Of a DNA stretch of 32,000 bases, positions 1 through 8,144 are shown one piece after another. The DNA is taken from NCBI RefSeq assembly GCF_037013405.1, contig NZ_CP146064.1:630001-662000 (forward strand). Direction: 5' to 3'. Positions within the stretch are counted from its first letter, which is position 1, and each line of letters starts with the position of its first letter. The stretch comes from Candidatus Nanosynbacter sp. BB002. Its GTDB lineage: Bacteria; Patescibacteriota; Saccharimonadia; Saccharimonadales; Saccharimonadaceae. The position numbers were made by a program, and so were the translations under genes. The notes under the pieces were generated by a model. The model made no database searches and was not told the origin of the DNA. It saw nothing but the letters and a program-made list of their open reading frames with translations.

Positions 1-98
1 TTGTTTGAAGAAATCATTTCTGATTTGCCCCCTATTTTTGGTTAAGTTATTAACAATTTTGATTGTATCAGAGCGGTTTTAAAAACACAAGCATTTTA

Positions 99-722
99 TC
101 ATTGTGCGTTGAGTGACCTGGCATACATGATGCCAGTGTAGCTGATTTCACTACCTGCAACTTGGCGTTTAGCGGTCAATTTAATCCTGACAGCGCTCGG
201 TTCAGAACTGGAAATATTGATATAATCAATCTGTAAATCAGTTGCAGAATTTGACGACATCACGGTTTCTGTCTTTGGACGCTGCCAGGTATTTGGCGAC
301 GTTTGGCACGCATTCATGGAAACTTTTCTCATGAGCTTTGAGCCGGAGACTGAATACTCCAGGTTGTATGACAAGGCTTCTTCGAGAAGTAGCCCAGCGC
401 TCGCCACTGAACAATCCTTTTTAACCAGCCGCCGGTCGGTTGCTAGCGGGTTTTTATTGGTGACAAAATTATTGGTACTTAGCGCAAATGATGAATCAGG
501 ATTGATAACCAGACTAGTGCGCACATCTTCTTCCATACGGTCCAGTACAGCCTGCACTTCGTTTTGTAGCTGAGAACGAGCAGTCGTGCGCATGGACTCC
601 GTCGTCAAACTGATGACGATGCCGACGATACCCGCCAAAATGATGATCACCAGTGGCGATATCACCAACATCTCCACCAGCGTAAACCCGCGCTGATACT
701 TACTGTGAGACATAGACCGCAT
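99..722 (-). CDS. Prepilin-type (type IV pilin-like / minor pilin) protein
   Basis: Leader MRSMSHSKYQRG is followed by FTLVEMLVISPLVIIILAG (G|F cleavage site, Glu at +5, hydrophobic helix). An AAGGAAG SD lies 6 nt before the ATG at 722; the ORF stays open to 749. Third of three tandem pilin-like genes. Confidence 0.8.
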   Translation of the reverse strand: MRSMSHSKYQRGFTLVEMLVISPLVIIILAGIVGIVISLTTESMRTTARSQLQNEVQAVLDRMEEDVRTSLVINPDSSFALSTNNFVTNKNPLATDRRLVKKDCSVASAGLLLEEALSYNLEYSVSGSKLMRKVSMNACQTSPNTWQRPKTETVMSSNSATDLQIDYINISSSEPSAVRIKLTAKRQVAGSEISYTGIMYARSLNAQ

Positions 723-1074
723 GAGAAACTTCCTTTGCTGGATTGTCATACTTGGCAGTGGCCGTCACGCGCATCACGCCAACGTTTGGCTGAACACGGC
801 AACGCTTGAGCGTGATATTTACCGTTCCGAGCAGCGCATTGTTACGAGTGATGGTCTGTTCAGGGTGAGATGAACCAAAACAGAGTTGCGATATCTCTTG
901 ATAGGTGCCTTCAGACCGCAGCACTTCGTACGCCAAAGTGCTAGCCTCCGATAATTTGCGGGCATCGCTACCGCGAAACACTACCACCTGGTACAGCTGG
1001 TAGCCACTGATGATAAAAAGTGATGCAACAAACAATGTAATCATCAGCTCAACAACCGTAAAACCTTTTTTCAT
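700..1074 (-). CDS. Prepilin-type (type IV pilin-like / minor pilin) protein
   Basis: MKKG|FTVVELMITLFVASLFII prepilin motif when started at ATG 1074 (ORF open to 1101). GGAG-type SD upstream. The ATG shares 1 nt with the TGA of the upstream gene (TGATG). Confidence 0.8.
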   Translation of the reverse strand: MKKGFTVVELMITLFVASLFIISGYQLYQVVVFRGSDARKLSEASTLAYEVLRSEGTYQEISQLCFGSSHPEQTITRNNALLGTVNITLKRCRVQPNVGVMRVTATAKYDNPAKEVSHAVYVSQ

Positions 1075-1664
1075 CACCGGCTTTTCTCCACTATTTTCCA
1101 CTCAAGGGGCTGCCCCTCGAGATGATACATGATGATATAGCCCTGACATTCGTCAGTCAAGGTGATACAGCGGTTGCCTGAACGGTTGATAGCAAAATAC
1201 GCGTACGCACCGTTGGCGTAACCTGATGGTTTATGAGTATTGTAGTCGCTCGTATACGACATCAGCATTGAACGATTTAGTGGGGTCGAGTGTGATCCAT
1301 ACTGCAAAACACCAGCGGAGACAAACTTCTCTCCTGGCAGCGGACCCTTCTTTGCAGCATCTGGTAGTTCGGAAAATATTTGATCGAAAAGTGCGTCAGT
1401 CATGGCGCTACCGCCCGCACCATTGACCGCATGCGCTGGATAGCTACCAGCAGATTTGATGATATTGTTTGACGAGTCGCGCAGTTCGCGAGGATATAAT
1501 GATTCTAGATAATTTTGAATGGTCGTGATATCACCCTCACGCGTTTTGTCACGAGTTGAAACTTGATATGACCGAAAACTAACGGTACCGATGGCTAGTA
1601 AAATAGCCATGATAGCCATCACGATAATCACTTCCACAACCGTGAAACCAGTTCGTCGACTCAT
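1074..1664 (-). CDS. Prepilin-type (type IV pilin-like) protein, 196 aa
   Basis: MSRRTG|FTVVEVIIVMAIMAILLAIG N-terminal cleavage/methylation motif. First of three tandem pilin-like genes downstream of murB. Confidence 0.8.
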   Translation of the reverse strand: MSRRTGFTVVEVIIVMAIMAILLAIGTVSFRSYQVSTRDKTREGDITTIQNYLESLYPRELRDSSNNIIKSAGSYPAHAVNGAGGSAMTDALFDQIFSELPDAAKKGPLPGEKFVSAGVLQYGSHSTPLNRSMLMSYTSDYNTHKPSGYANGAYAYFAINRSGNRCITLTDECQGYIIMYHLEGQPLEWKIVEKSR

Positions 1665-1701
1665 AGTATAAGCATAACCAGAAATGGTCGTCAGTGCAAG
1701 C

Positions 1702-2721
1702 CTATAATTCTAATGGCTCTTGCTCAATGCGGACGTGAAATTGATCATACACTGCCTGGATGATGGCTTGGCGAGCAGATTCGAGGTCATGATAGGTTGC
1801 GGCATGAGGATTGGTCAGTACTAACGCGTTTTTGTCATGAATTTTCATGTTGTGAAGCTCTTTGCCGCGGAAGCCCGCTTGATCGATCAGCCAACCAGTC
1901 GGAATTTTATAAGTCCCATCTGGCATAGCGTAGTTTGGCACATCAGGGTGAGTTTGACGAATCGCATCCAGCATCTCTTGACTGACCATGGCATTCTTAA
2001 AGAATGAGCCGCTGTTAGGCGTCACGGTTGGATCAGGCAGTTTGTCGTGCCGAATGGCAATCACTGCCTGACGGATGGCTGCTGGGGTGTAATCGGTGAT
2101 GTGATGCTCATCGAGATATCGCTGCAAACCAGCGTAAAACGGCGGCTGCGGAGCGCGGCGCGACAAACGAATAGTGATGGCCGTAATGCAGTAGCGACCC
2201 ATCTGTGAGCCACGGAAAATACTGTGGCGGTAAGAAAAATGACACGCCTCAGCAGGCAACACAACCATGGCGTCTGTAGCTGAATCATACGCCTCAACTT
2301 CTACCAGGGTATCTGCTATCTCCTGCCCATAGGCACCAACGTTCTGTACTGGCGCAGCTCCAGCCGTACCAGGGATGGCAGACATTGCCTCAATGCCGCT
2401 CAGGCCCATATCCACTGTTCGCGCCACCACTTCGTCCCAAACTTCACCAGCGCCAATTTTGAGCGTTACTGATTCCTCATCTTCTGACATAACCTCAAAG
2501 CCCTTGATACGATTGAGTAGCACAACACCCTCAAAACCTTCATCTTTGGCGATCACATTACTGCCACCGCCCAACACAAAAACTGGTAGCCGGCGCGACT
2601 GAGCATCGTGATATATCCGTGGAATCTCCTCCACTGCCGTGGCTTCTGTCAAAAAGCGTGCGTTACCACCCACCTGCATGGTGGTGTATTGTTTGAGAGA
2701 AATGTCTGTGGAAATATTCAT
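1702..2721 (-). CDS. murB: UDP-N-acetylenolpyruvoylglucosamine reductase
   Basis: FAD-binding PCMH-type N-domain (VFVLGGGSNV) and MurB C-terminal motifs (SGSFFKNA, IPTGWLIDQAGFRGK). Length of 339 aa fits. Confidence 0.9.
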   Translation of the reverse strand: MNISTDISLKQYTTMQVGGNARFLTEATAVEEIPRIYHDAQSRRLPVFVLGGGSNVIAKDEGFEGVVLLNRIKGFEVMSEDEESVTLKIGAGEVWDEVVARTVDMGLSGIEAMSAIPGTAGAAPVQNVGAYGQEIADTLVEVEAYDSATDAMVVLPAEACHFSYRHSIFRGSQMGRYCITAITIRLSRRAPQPPFYAGLQRYLDEHHITDYTPAAIRQAVIAIRHDKLPDPTVTPNSGSFFKNAMVSQEMLDAIRQTHPDVPNYAMPDGTYKIPTGWLIDQAGFRGKELHNMKIHDKNALVLTNPHAATYHDLESARQAIIQAVYDQFHVRIEQEPLEL

Positions 2722-2729
2722 ATGGTGAT

Positions 2730-2738
2730 ATTATACCA
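2730..2738 (-). promoter_or_regulatory. Extended -10 box (TGgTATAAT) 8 nt upstream of the murB ATG; leaderless-type promoter
   Basis: Minus strand reads GGTGGTATAAT-atcaccat-ATG with no SD in between. Confidence 0.6.
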
Positions 2739-2777
2739 CCCTTGATATACGCTGTCATTTTCATCAAATGATAAGTA

Positions 2778-2786
2778 TGGTATAAT
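2778..2786 (+). promoter_or_regulatory. Extended -10 box (TGgTATAAT) for the tRNA-Arg pair
   Basis: TGGTATAAT ends 12 nt before the mature 5' end of the tRNA at 2799. Weak -35-like TTTTCA lies 17 nt upstream. Confidence 0.6.
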
Positions 2787-2798
2787 TTAACTCGGTAT

Positions 2799-2875
2799 GC
2801 ACCCGTAGCTCAGCGGATTAGAGTACTTGGCTTCGAACCAAGGGGTCGCAGGTTCGAATCCTGCCGGGTGTACCA
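2799..2875 (+). tRNA. tRNA-Arg (anticodon TCG)
   Basis: Hand-folded cloverleaf: acceptor GCACCCG/CGGGTGT, D arm GCTC..GAGT, anticodon stem CTTGG/CCAAG with loop CTTCGAA, T arm GCAGG-TTCGAAT-CCTGC. CCA is encoded. The 1:72 pair is G:U. Confidence 0.85.
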
Positions 2876-2919
2876 TTTTCGTCATTATCACCTTGAAATC
2901 TTTACTGACGAGTTGACAC

Positions 2920-2996
2920 GCCCCGTTAGCTCAACTGGATAGAGCATCGGTTTCCGGTACCGAAGGTTGCAGGTTCGACTCCTGTGCGGGGTACCA
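2920..2996 (+). tRNA. tRNA-Arg (anticodon CCG)
   Basis: Hand-folded cloverleaf: acceptor GCCCCGT/GCGGGGT, D arm GCTC..GAGC, anticodon stem TCGGT/ACCGA with loop TTCCGGT, T arm GCAGG-TTCGACT-CCTGT. CCA is encoded. The 1:72 pair is G:U. Confidence 0.85.
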
Positions 2997-3010
2997 CGAA
3001 CGATATTTAC

Positions 3011-3042
3011 ACCTCTGTATATATAGGCTACAGAGGTTTTTT
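3011..3042 (+). terminator. Rho-independent terminator after the tRNA pair
   Basis: Perfect 9-bp stem ACCTCTGTA/TACAGAGGT with a 9-nt loop, followed by TTTTTT. It lies between the tRNA 3' end and the convergent Clp-like gene stop at 3056. Confidence 0.8.
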
Positions 3043-3055
3043 GATATCTCACATG

Positions 3056-5482
3056 CTAACCAATTTGACGGTCGCTCGGGGCTTCACCTACTGCCGCACG
3101 AATTTGCTCAGCAGTGATGATAGTTGTACTACCTGGCGTAACTGTGCCTGCCAACAGCTGCTTGGCAACAGTATTTTCGACAGCGCGCTGCACTACGCGG
3201 CGCATGGGTCGCGCACCAAGGCGTGGGTCGTATCCAGCATCAACGAGCAGCTGTTTTCCTTCGGGCTCAACGGCAACTTGAATTTTCTGAGGCTCCAGCG
3301 TACGGTTAACTCCCGCCAAAATCAAGTCGATAACTTGCAATAGTTCAGCTTTGCCTAGCGGGCGGAATAGGACAATTTCATCAAATCGGTTCAGAAACTC
3401 GGGGCGGAACAAATTGGCGTTGATTAGTTCATTGATAAAGGTTTGTTCAAATTGTTCTAGCTGATAGCCACGCTCGATGTATTCACGGATGCGGTCAGCA
3501 CCAGCATTTGACGTAGCGATGACAATGCAATCGCGAAAACTCACTTCTCGGTTTTTCTCATCACGCAAAATACCTTCGTCAAGCAGCTGCAACAACGTCG
3601 TCAGCACTTGCGGGTGCGCCTTTTCTATCTCATCAAGCAACACTACTGAAAACGGCGCTTTTTGTACCTGAGCTGTCAAGCTCAGCGGATCATTAGCTCC
3701 GTCCGCGATCAAACGAGCCACGTCTTCAGCACGAACAAATTCGTTTAGGTCCAGTCGCACCAAATTACCCTCGCCCCCAAAGTATACTTCTGCCAAGGCT
3801 TTTGACAACTCAGTTTTACCAACACCAGTTGGCCCCAAAAACAGGAAAGTACCGATGGGGCGATCAAGATTTCTCACGCCAGCGCGCGCTCGACGGATGG
3901 CGTCGGACACCACCGAAACGGCACGTGATTGGTTGATCATGCGCTGGTGAATCAATGACTCAAGATTTAACAACTTTTCACGTTCATCGCCGCCAGAGGC
4001 CGCAGCGATCTTGATGCCCATGGTTTTTTCCGCCGCATCATCCACTGACTGCGCGGTGATGAGACCACCTTTGGAGATGCTGGCGGTTGATTCCAATACT
4101 TTCAGCGCTCGCCCTGGCATAGCCAAATCTTGGACGTAGCGATCACCAACTCGATACGCTTCATTGAGCGCCTGCAACATGTACGTCACGCTAAATTGAT
4201 GTTCAAAGGAAATCAATTGGTCGCGCATAATTTTCATGGTTTCAGCACGATCCGTCGGCTGGACTGCTAGCGTATTTAACGCATGAGCCAGCTGGGTGTT
4301 ACGTTGAGAAATTTGCAAAAATCGCTGCTGATCCAGAGACAGAATAATACGCAGGCGACCAGCTTCCAAAACGGGCAATAGCAAATTGCTCATATCCACC
4401 GAACCGACACCCTCTTCAAAAAACAGCTGGGCATTTTCCAAACACAAGATAACATTTTTTGAGGCAAACGCTTCATTGAGCAGTCTCGTTACTAACTGCT
4501 CCAACTCACCACGACCGCCAGCTACAGAAATCAACGCTGACGCATCCAGCAAGAAGACTTGCTGATATAGCAAATTGGACGGCACTTCCTTATGTCCATC
4601 GATTAGCATTTCTGCAAATGCCGCAATGAGCGTACTCTTACCGACACCATCTGGACCAACCAAAGCGACATTTTGACGACCACCTGTATTGAAAATCTGT
4701 AGCATTTGATCCAACACATCAGTGTGTGCATCCAAACGCGTCATGATCGTCCCGCCCGACACTTGCTGACTCAGGTTTTGGGCAAATCGACTGAGTAGCG
4801 GCGTATAGCCAAACGACCAATCCCGCGCTATACCGCCAGTGCGCAGCGGTTTTTCTTTGAAATCTTCAACCAGCGCTTTCAGTCGCTCATACCAGCGAAT
4901 TCCCTCCAATACGTCCTGAAAATCAAGCTTCAAACTTGCCAAAATCGCGTCGTGGCTCGGGAACACTTTCACAATAGCCGCAGCCACAACTGCACCAGTC
5001 ACTTTGGGACTATTGGTCTCCTGCCAGATGTCAAGTGCTGCTTGCCAGATGGCGTCGGTCATCCGTGGATCATCGGACGCAATATTACTCAGGAAGTTTG
5101 GCGTCAGCCCAAGGCGCACTGCCAAAAATTGACCAGCCCGAGTTTTTGAAATAGCCAGCACCAGCTCTTGTGGCGTTGGATTTTTACTCAATTGACCCAG
5201 CAGATCAGCAGCCATAACATCATCAAGCGTCGTCGGATGCTTACTCATCTCAGCAGTTTTGAGGTCGCCCTGCCACCAAATAGTCAACATGACAAACGGA
5301 CCGCTCATCCCCACCAAAAGCCAACCAACTGGCCCGTGATGTATCACTGACCAACAGCCCAGCAAAATCATCGCCAGGCTACACAGACCAAGCAGCAAAT
5401 GCCACACGTCACCAAACCGAACAGAAAATCGTGCTTTTTGTGACCGATGACTACCATAGCGAATTACCGGCTCAATATTCAT
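3056..5482 (-). CDS. Membrane-anchored Clp/Hsp100-family double AAA+ ATPase (divergent ClpA/B/C-like)
   Basis: Two N-terminal hydrophobic helices and Clp_N-like repeats. D1 Walker A is GPDGVGKST. D2 has Walker A GPTGVGKTE, Walker B VVLLDEIEKAHP, sensor-1 ATSNAG and sensor-2 GARPMRR. Start chosen at ATG 5482 (MNIEPV...), which has a GGGGGTGG SD and an ATGA overlap with the upstream ORF; the ORF is open to 5590. Confidence 0.8.
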   Translation of the reverse strand: MNIEPVIRYGSHRSQKARFSVRFGDVWHLLLGLCSLAMILLGCWSVIHHGPVGWLLVGMSGPFVMLTIWWQGDLKTAEMSKHPTTLDDVMAADLLGQLSKNPTPQELVLAISKTRAGQFLAVRLGLTPNFLSNIASDDPRMTDAIWQAALDIWQETNSPKVTGAVVAAAIVKVFPSHDAILASLKLDFQDVLEGIRWYERLKALVEDFKEKPLRTGGIARDWSFGYTPLLSRFAQNLSQQVSGGTIMTRLDAHTDVLDQMLQIFNTGGRQNVALVGPDGVGKSTLIAAFAEMLIDGHKEVPSNLLYQQVFLLDASALISVAGGRGELEQLVTRLLNEAFASKNVILCLENAQLFFEEGVGSVDMSNLLLPVLEAGRLRIILSLDQQRFLQISQRNTQLAHALNTLAVQPTDRAETMKIMRDQLISFEHQFSVTYMLQALNEAYRVGDRYVQDLAMPGRALKVLESTASISKGGLITAQSVDDAAEKTMGIKIAAASGGDEREKLLNLESLIHQRMINQSRAVSVVSDAIRRARAGVRNLDRPIGTFLFLGPTGVGKTELSKALAEVYFGGEGNLVRLDLNEFVRAEDVARLIADGANDPLSLTAQVQKAPFSVVLLDEIEKAHPQVLTTLLQLLDEGILRDEKNREVSFRDCIVIATSNAGADRIREYIERGYQLEQFEQTFINELINANLFRPEFLNRFDEIVLFRPLGKAELLQVIDLILAGVNRTLEPQKIQVAVEPEGKQLLVDAGYDPRLGARPMRRVVQRAVENTVAKQLLAGTVTPGSTTIITAEQIRAAVGEAPSDRQIG

Positions 5483-5853
5483 GACGCCACCCCCATTTGC
5501 CAAAAGATTATGCCAATTAGTGGTGCCAGTGGCAGCAGCAGCCAGGCCGCAATGATCAACACGCTCCAGAGTAGTCGAACTAGCAAGCAAACAAGTCCGA
5601 CCGCAATCAAGATTGTTCGTAAAAATGCTCCAAACATCCTGGAGAACGATCTATCAAGAAACGCTCGAAATTGCTCTGGTAATCCACCTTGGACTACACC
5701 AGCAGATATTTGCCGAAATGGATTGAATAAGGTTTTCAGCAGCAAACCAATTGAGAAAAAATCAACTGTTTTTAATAGACCGACATAGACTTGTCGTACG
5801 TGTTTGTAAAACCCAGTACCATACCACCACTGAAATATTCCCACCAAAAACAT
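5479..5853 (-). CDS. Small multi-pass membrane protein, unknown function (124 aa)
   Basis: Hydrophobic segments FLVGIFQWWYG, FFSIGLLLKTLF and ILIAVGLVCLLVRLLWSVLIIAAWLLLPLAPLIGIIFW. The stop overlaps the start of the Clp-like gene (ATGA). It has its own -10 box 6 nt upstream. Confidence 0.6.
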   Translation of the reverse strand: MFLVGIFQWWYGTGFYKHVRQVYVGLLKTVDFFSIGLLLKTLFNPFRQISAGVVQGGLPEQFRAFLDRSFSRMFGAFLRTILIAVGLVCLLVRLLWSVLIIAAWLLLPLAPLIGIIFWQMGVAS

Positions 5854-5859
5854 ACCATC

Positions 5860-5868
5860 AGTATATCA
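5860..5868 (-). promoter_or_regulatory. Extended -10 (TGaTATACT) 6 nt upstream of ATG 5853; leaderless-type promoter
   Basis: Minus strand reads CGTGATATACT-gatggt-ATG. Confidence 0.6.
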
Positions 5869-5884
5869 CGAATCGGGCGGTTGG

Positions 5885-5893
5885 TGCTATAAT
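5885..5893 (+). promoter_or_regulatory. Extended -10 (TGcTATAAT) 8 nt upstream of the murT ATG; leaderless-type promoter
   Basis: Plus strand reads TTGGTGCTATAAT-atctctat-ATG. It sits back-to-back with the 5860..5868 box in a 48-bp divergent spacer. Confidence 0.6.
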
Positions 5894-5901
5894 ATCTCTA
5901 T

Positions 5902-7164
5902 ATGATTCGACACATGATAACAACCGCTATCGGCAAAGCTGTTCGCGGCGGCATGAGATTACGCGGTGGTGGCTCGGCTCTACCTGGACTGGTGGTAGAA
6001 AAAATCGACTCAGGCTTCATCCCTCGCGCCCTACAAGATTTACCCTACGGCGTGGTCGTAGTGTCAGGAACCAACGGCAAAACCACGACAACAAAAATTG
6101 TCGTAGAGCTGTTGGAAGCGGCAGGCCTCAAAGTCTTCACTAACCGCACTGGTAGTAATTTCTCTCGTGGTGTGGCGGCAGCACTGTTGGGCGAGGTCAA
6201 CCGGCGAGGCAAATTGGACGCTGATATCGCAGTCCTAGAACTGGATGAGGCCTGGGCTGTTAAATTTGTGCAACAGGTGCAGCCAAAATATTCGCTGCTA
6301 CTCAACGTCATGCGTGACCAGCTGGACCGATTTGGCGAGATAGACACGGCAGCCGGTTTTTTGGAAAAAATTGCGGCAGCCACCACCGAACGTGTAGTTT
6401 TGAATCGTGACGATCCACGGGTCTTTCGCATCCATGAAAAAACCTCGGCAGCAGCAACCTATTTTGGTTTAACGACTGACCTGTTGCGACTGATGCCGAC
6501 CGATGATTCCCTGAAGACTGGTGATGCTGTAGCCAATGAATCGGTACCTGCAGAAGTGGTACTCACAGCTGTAGCGGAACAAGGCGCTGAGTTCTTGATA
6601 GATGGCACACGTCACAGAACTGAGGTCGCGCTTAGTGGTGTATATAACCTGTTGAATGCGGCGGCGGCCTTGGCGCTCGTTCGAGCCATCGTGCCAGAAG
6701 CACCAATTCCTGTCTTACTGGAGGCATTGTCAAAAGTCAAACCAGCGTTCGGTCGCGGTGAGACCATCACCTATAACGGTACGTCCATTGATTTACTATT
6801 AGTGAAAAATCCCAGCGGCTTTCGACTCAGTCTCCTGTCATTTGGTAAGCGACAACGCCAGACTATGATCGCCATCAATGATAATTATGCTGACGGTCGC
6901 GACATGAGTTGGCTGTGGGATGTTGATTTTTCTGTGCTGGAAGATGTCAGCGTCGTTAGCGGTGTTCGAGCCTATGACATGGCACTGCGGCTAAGTTATG
7001 ACGAAGTGGCCGTTGGTACTGTCGAACAGGATTTGGCAAAAGCGCTGGATGAATTTTTGGCACACGAGCCGACGGAGCCAAAACAGATTTTTTGTAGCTA
7101 TACTGCCATGACCACCCTACGGCGATTACTCAGCGAAAAAACAGATGTGGAGGATATCTCATGA
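5902..7164 (+). CDS. murT: Lipid II isoglutaminyl synthase, Mur-ligase-like subunit
   Basis: Mur ligase P-loop VVVVSGTNGKTTTTKIV and C-terminal DUF1727-like motif NDNYADGRDMSWLWDVDF. Overlaps the gatD start by 4 nt. Confidence 0.8.
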   Translation: MIRHMITTAIGKAVRGGMRLRGGGSALPGLVVEKIDSGFIPRALQDLPYGVVVVSGTNGKTTTTKIVVELLEAAGLKVFTNRTGSNFSRGVAAALLGEVNRRGKLDADIAVLELDEAWAVKFVQQVQPKYSLLLNVMRDQLDRFGEIDTAAGFLEKIAAATTERVVLNRDDPRVFRIHEKTSAAATYFGLTTDLLRLMPTDDSLKTGDAVANESVPAEVVLTAVAEQGAEFLIDGTRHRTEVALSGVYNLLNAAAALALVRAIVPEAPIPVLLEALSKVKPAFGRGETITYNGTSIDLLLVKNPSGFRLSLLSFGKRQRQTMIAINDNYADGRDMSWLWDVDFSVLEDVSVVSGVRAYDMALRLSYDEVAVGTVEQDLAKALDEFLAHEPTEPKQIFCSYTAMTTLRRLLSEKTDVEDIS

Positions 7165-7886
7165 CAACGATCACCATCATCCAATTATACCCTAAGGACA
7201 TGAATCTCTACGGCGACTGGGGCAATACCTTGGTGCTCAAAAAAAGGCTGGAGTGGCGAGGCTTTCGTGTCGAAATCATCGACCACAACCCAGGAGATGC
7301 GACTGACTTCTCGACCGGAGATATTTTTGTAGGCGGCGGCGGACAAGACGCTGGGCAATTAGCCATCCAAGATGATTTACTGTCACGCGGCGAGGAGCTA
7401 AAAAACCTGGCTAGCAACGGCGTTCCCATGTTACTCATCTGTGGGATGTATCAGTTGTTTGGACGACAATTTGTCACCAATGACGGTTCTGTCATCCGCG
7501 GCATTGGCGTACTGCCCGTGGAAACGACTGCCGGAGAGGAACGACTCATCGGCAATATCACCCTGGAGAGCGAACAGTTTGGCACAATCGTTGGCTATGA
7601 AAATCACAGCGGTCAGACATTTTTGGACGACACAGTTCAGCCACTGGGCAAGGTAGTCCGTGGTGCTGGCAATAATACCACTGACGGCACCGAAGGAGTT
7701 CGGTTCAATAACGTCATAGCAACCTACTTGCACGGATCGTTATTGCCGAAAAATCCAACGATCGCTGATTTTTTGATAGCCAAAGCTTTGGAACGCCGCG
7801 GTATATCTGCCGAAGACCTCAAACCACTTGAGGTTGATACTCTGGCGCAGACAGCGCAACAGGTTGCAGCTGAACGACCTCGATAA
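7161..7886 (+). CDS. gatD: Lipid II isoglutaminyl synthase, glutaminase subunit (CobQ/GatD-type amidotransferase)
   Basis: Nucleophile motif LLICGMYQLFG and C-terminal YLHGSLLPKNP. GGAGGA SD and an ATGA overlap with murT. Confidence 0.8.
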   Translation: MTTITIIQLYPKDMNLYGDWGNTLVLKKRLEWRGFRVEIIDHNPGDATDFSTGDIFVGGGGQDAGQLAIQDDLLSRGEELKNLASNGVPMLLICGMYQLFGRQFVTNDGSVIRGIGVLPVETTAGEERLIGNITLESEQFGTIVGYENHSGQTFLDDTVQPLGKVVRGAGNNTTDGTEGVRFNNVIATYLHGSLLPKNPTIADFLIAKALERRGISAEDLKPLEVDTLAQTAQQVAAERPR

Positions 7887-7934
7887 GCAGCCGCGATATC
7901 TACCAAGATTAGTCTTTAGCTGTTATGCCAATTG

Positions 7935-7966
7935 AAAAATCCACGCCATAATTCCATGACGTGGAT
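7935..7966 (-). terminator. Rho-independent terminator downstream of tRNA-Pro
   Basis: Minus strand has stem ATCCACG/CGTGGAT, extended by 3 bp after one mismatch, followed by TTTTT. Confidence 0.7.
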
Positions 7967-7981
7967 CTGATATTACTTCGA

Positions 7982-8058
7982 TGGTCGGGGTGAAAGGACT
8001 CGAACCTTCGACCTCACGGTCCCAAACCGCGCGCGCTAGCCAACTGCGCCACACCCCG
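7982..8058 (-). tRNA. tRNA-Pro (anticodon TGG)
   Basis: Reverse complement folds as acceptor CGGGGTG/CACCCCG, D arm GCGC..GCGC, anticodon stem CGCGG/CCGTG with loop TTTGGGA, T arm GAAGG-TTCGAGT-CCTTT, then A73 and encoded CCA. Confidence 0.85.
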
Positions 8059-8144
8059 AAATGAGGTAACTACCTGCAAGGTATTGTAGCACATTGGCGC
8101 AGTAAAAGCTAGTCTTGTTGTAGCTATAATTGTATAGCTGGCGC

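Noticed and set aside
1-17. Possible start of another minus-strand gene (ATG at 17..15, preceded by AGGGGG).
   Set aside because: Only 5 codons are visible before the window edge, so it cannot be supported.
5751-6431. ORFs 5751..6143 (+, 130 aa) and 6045..6431 (-, 128 aa).
   Set aside because: They overlap the murT coding frame or the divergent promoter region. Their compositions are Arg/Ser-rich and shadow-like, and murT explains the region.
2799-8058. tRNA-flanked genomic island or integrated element between the tRNA-Arg pair and tRNA-Pro.
   Set aside because: I saw no integrase, recombinase, direct repeat of a tRNA 3' end or phage-like gene. The enclosed genes are envelope or housekeeping types.
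8122-8139. Hairpin AGCTATA-N4-TATAGCT after the Nudix-dPGM stop, and a plus-strand TATAAT at 8125..8130.
   Set aside because: The stem is AT-rich with no following U-tract on the minus strand, so it is at best a weak terminator. The plus-strand TATAAT has no downstream gene and is part of the palindrome.
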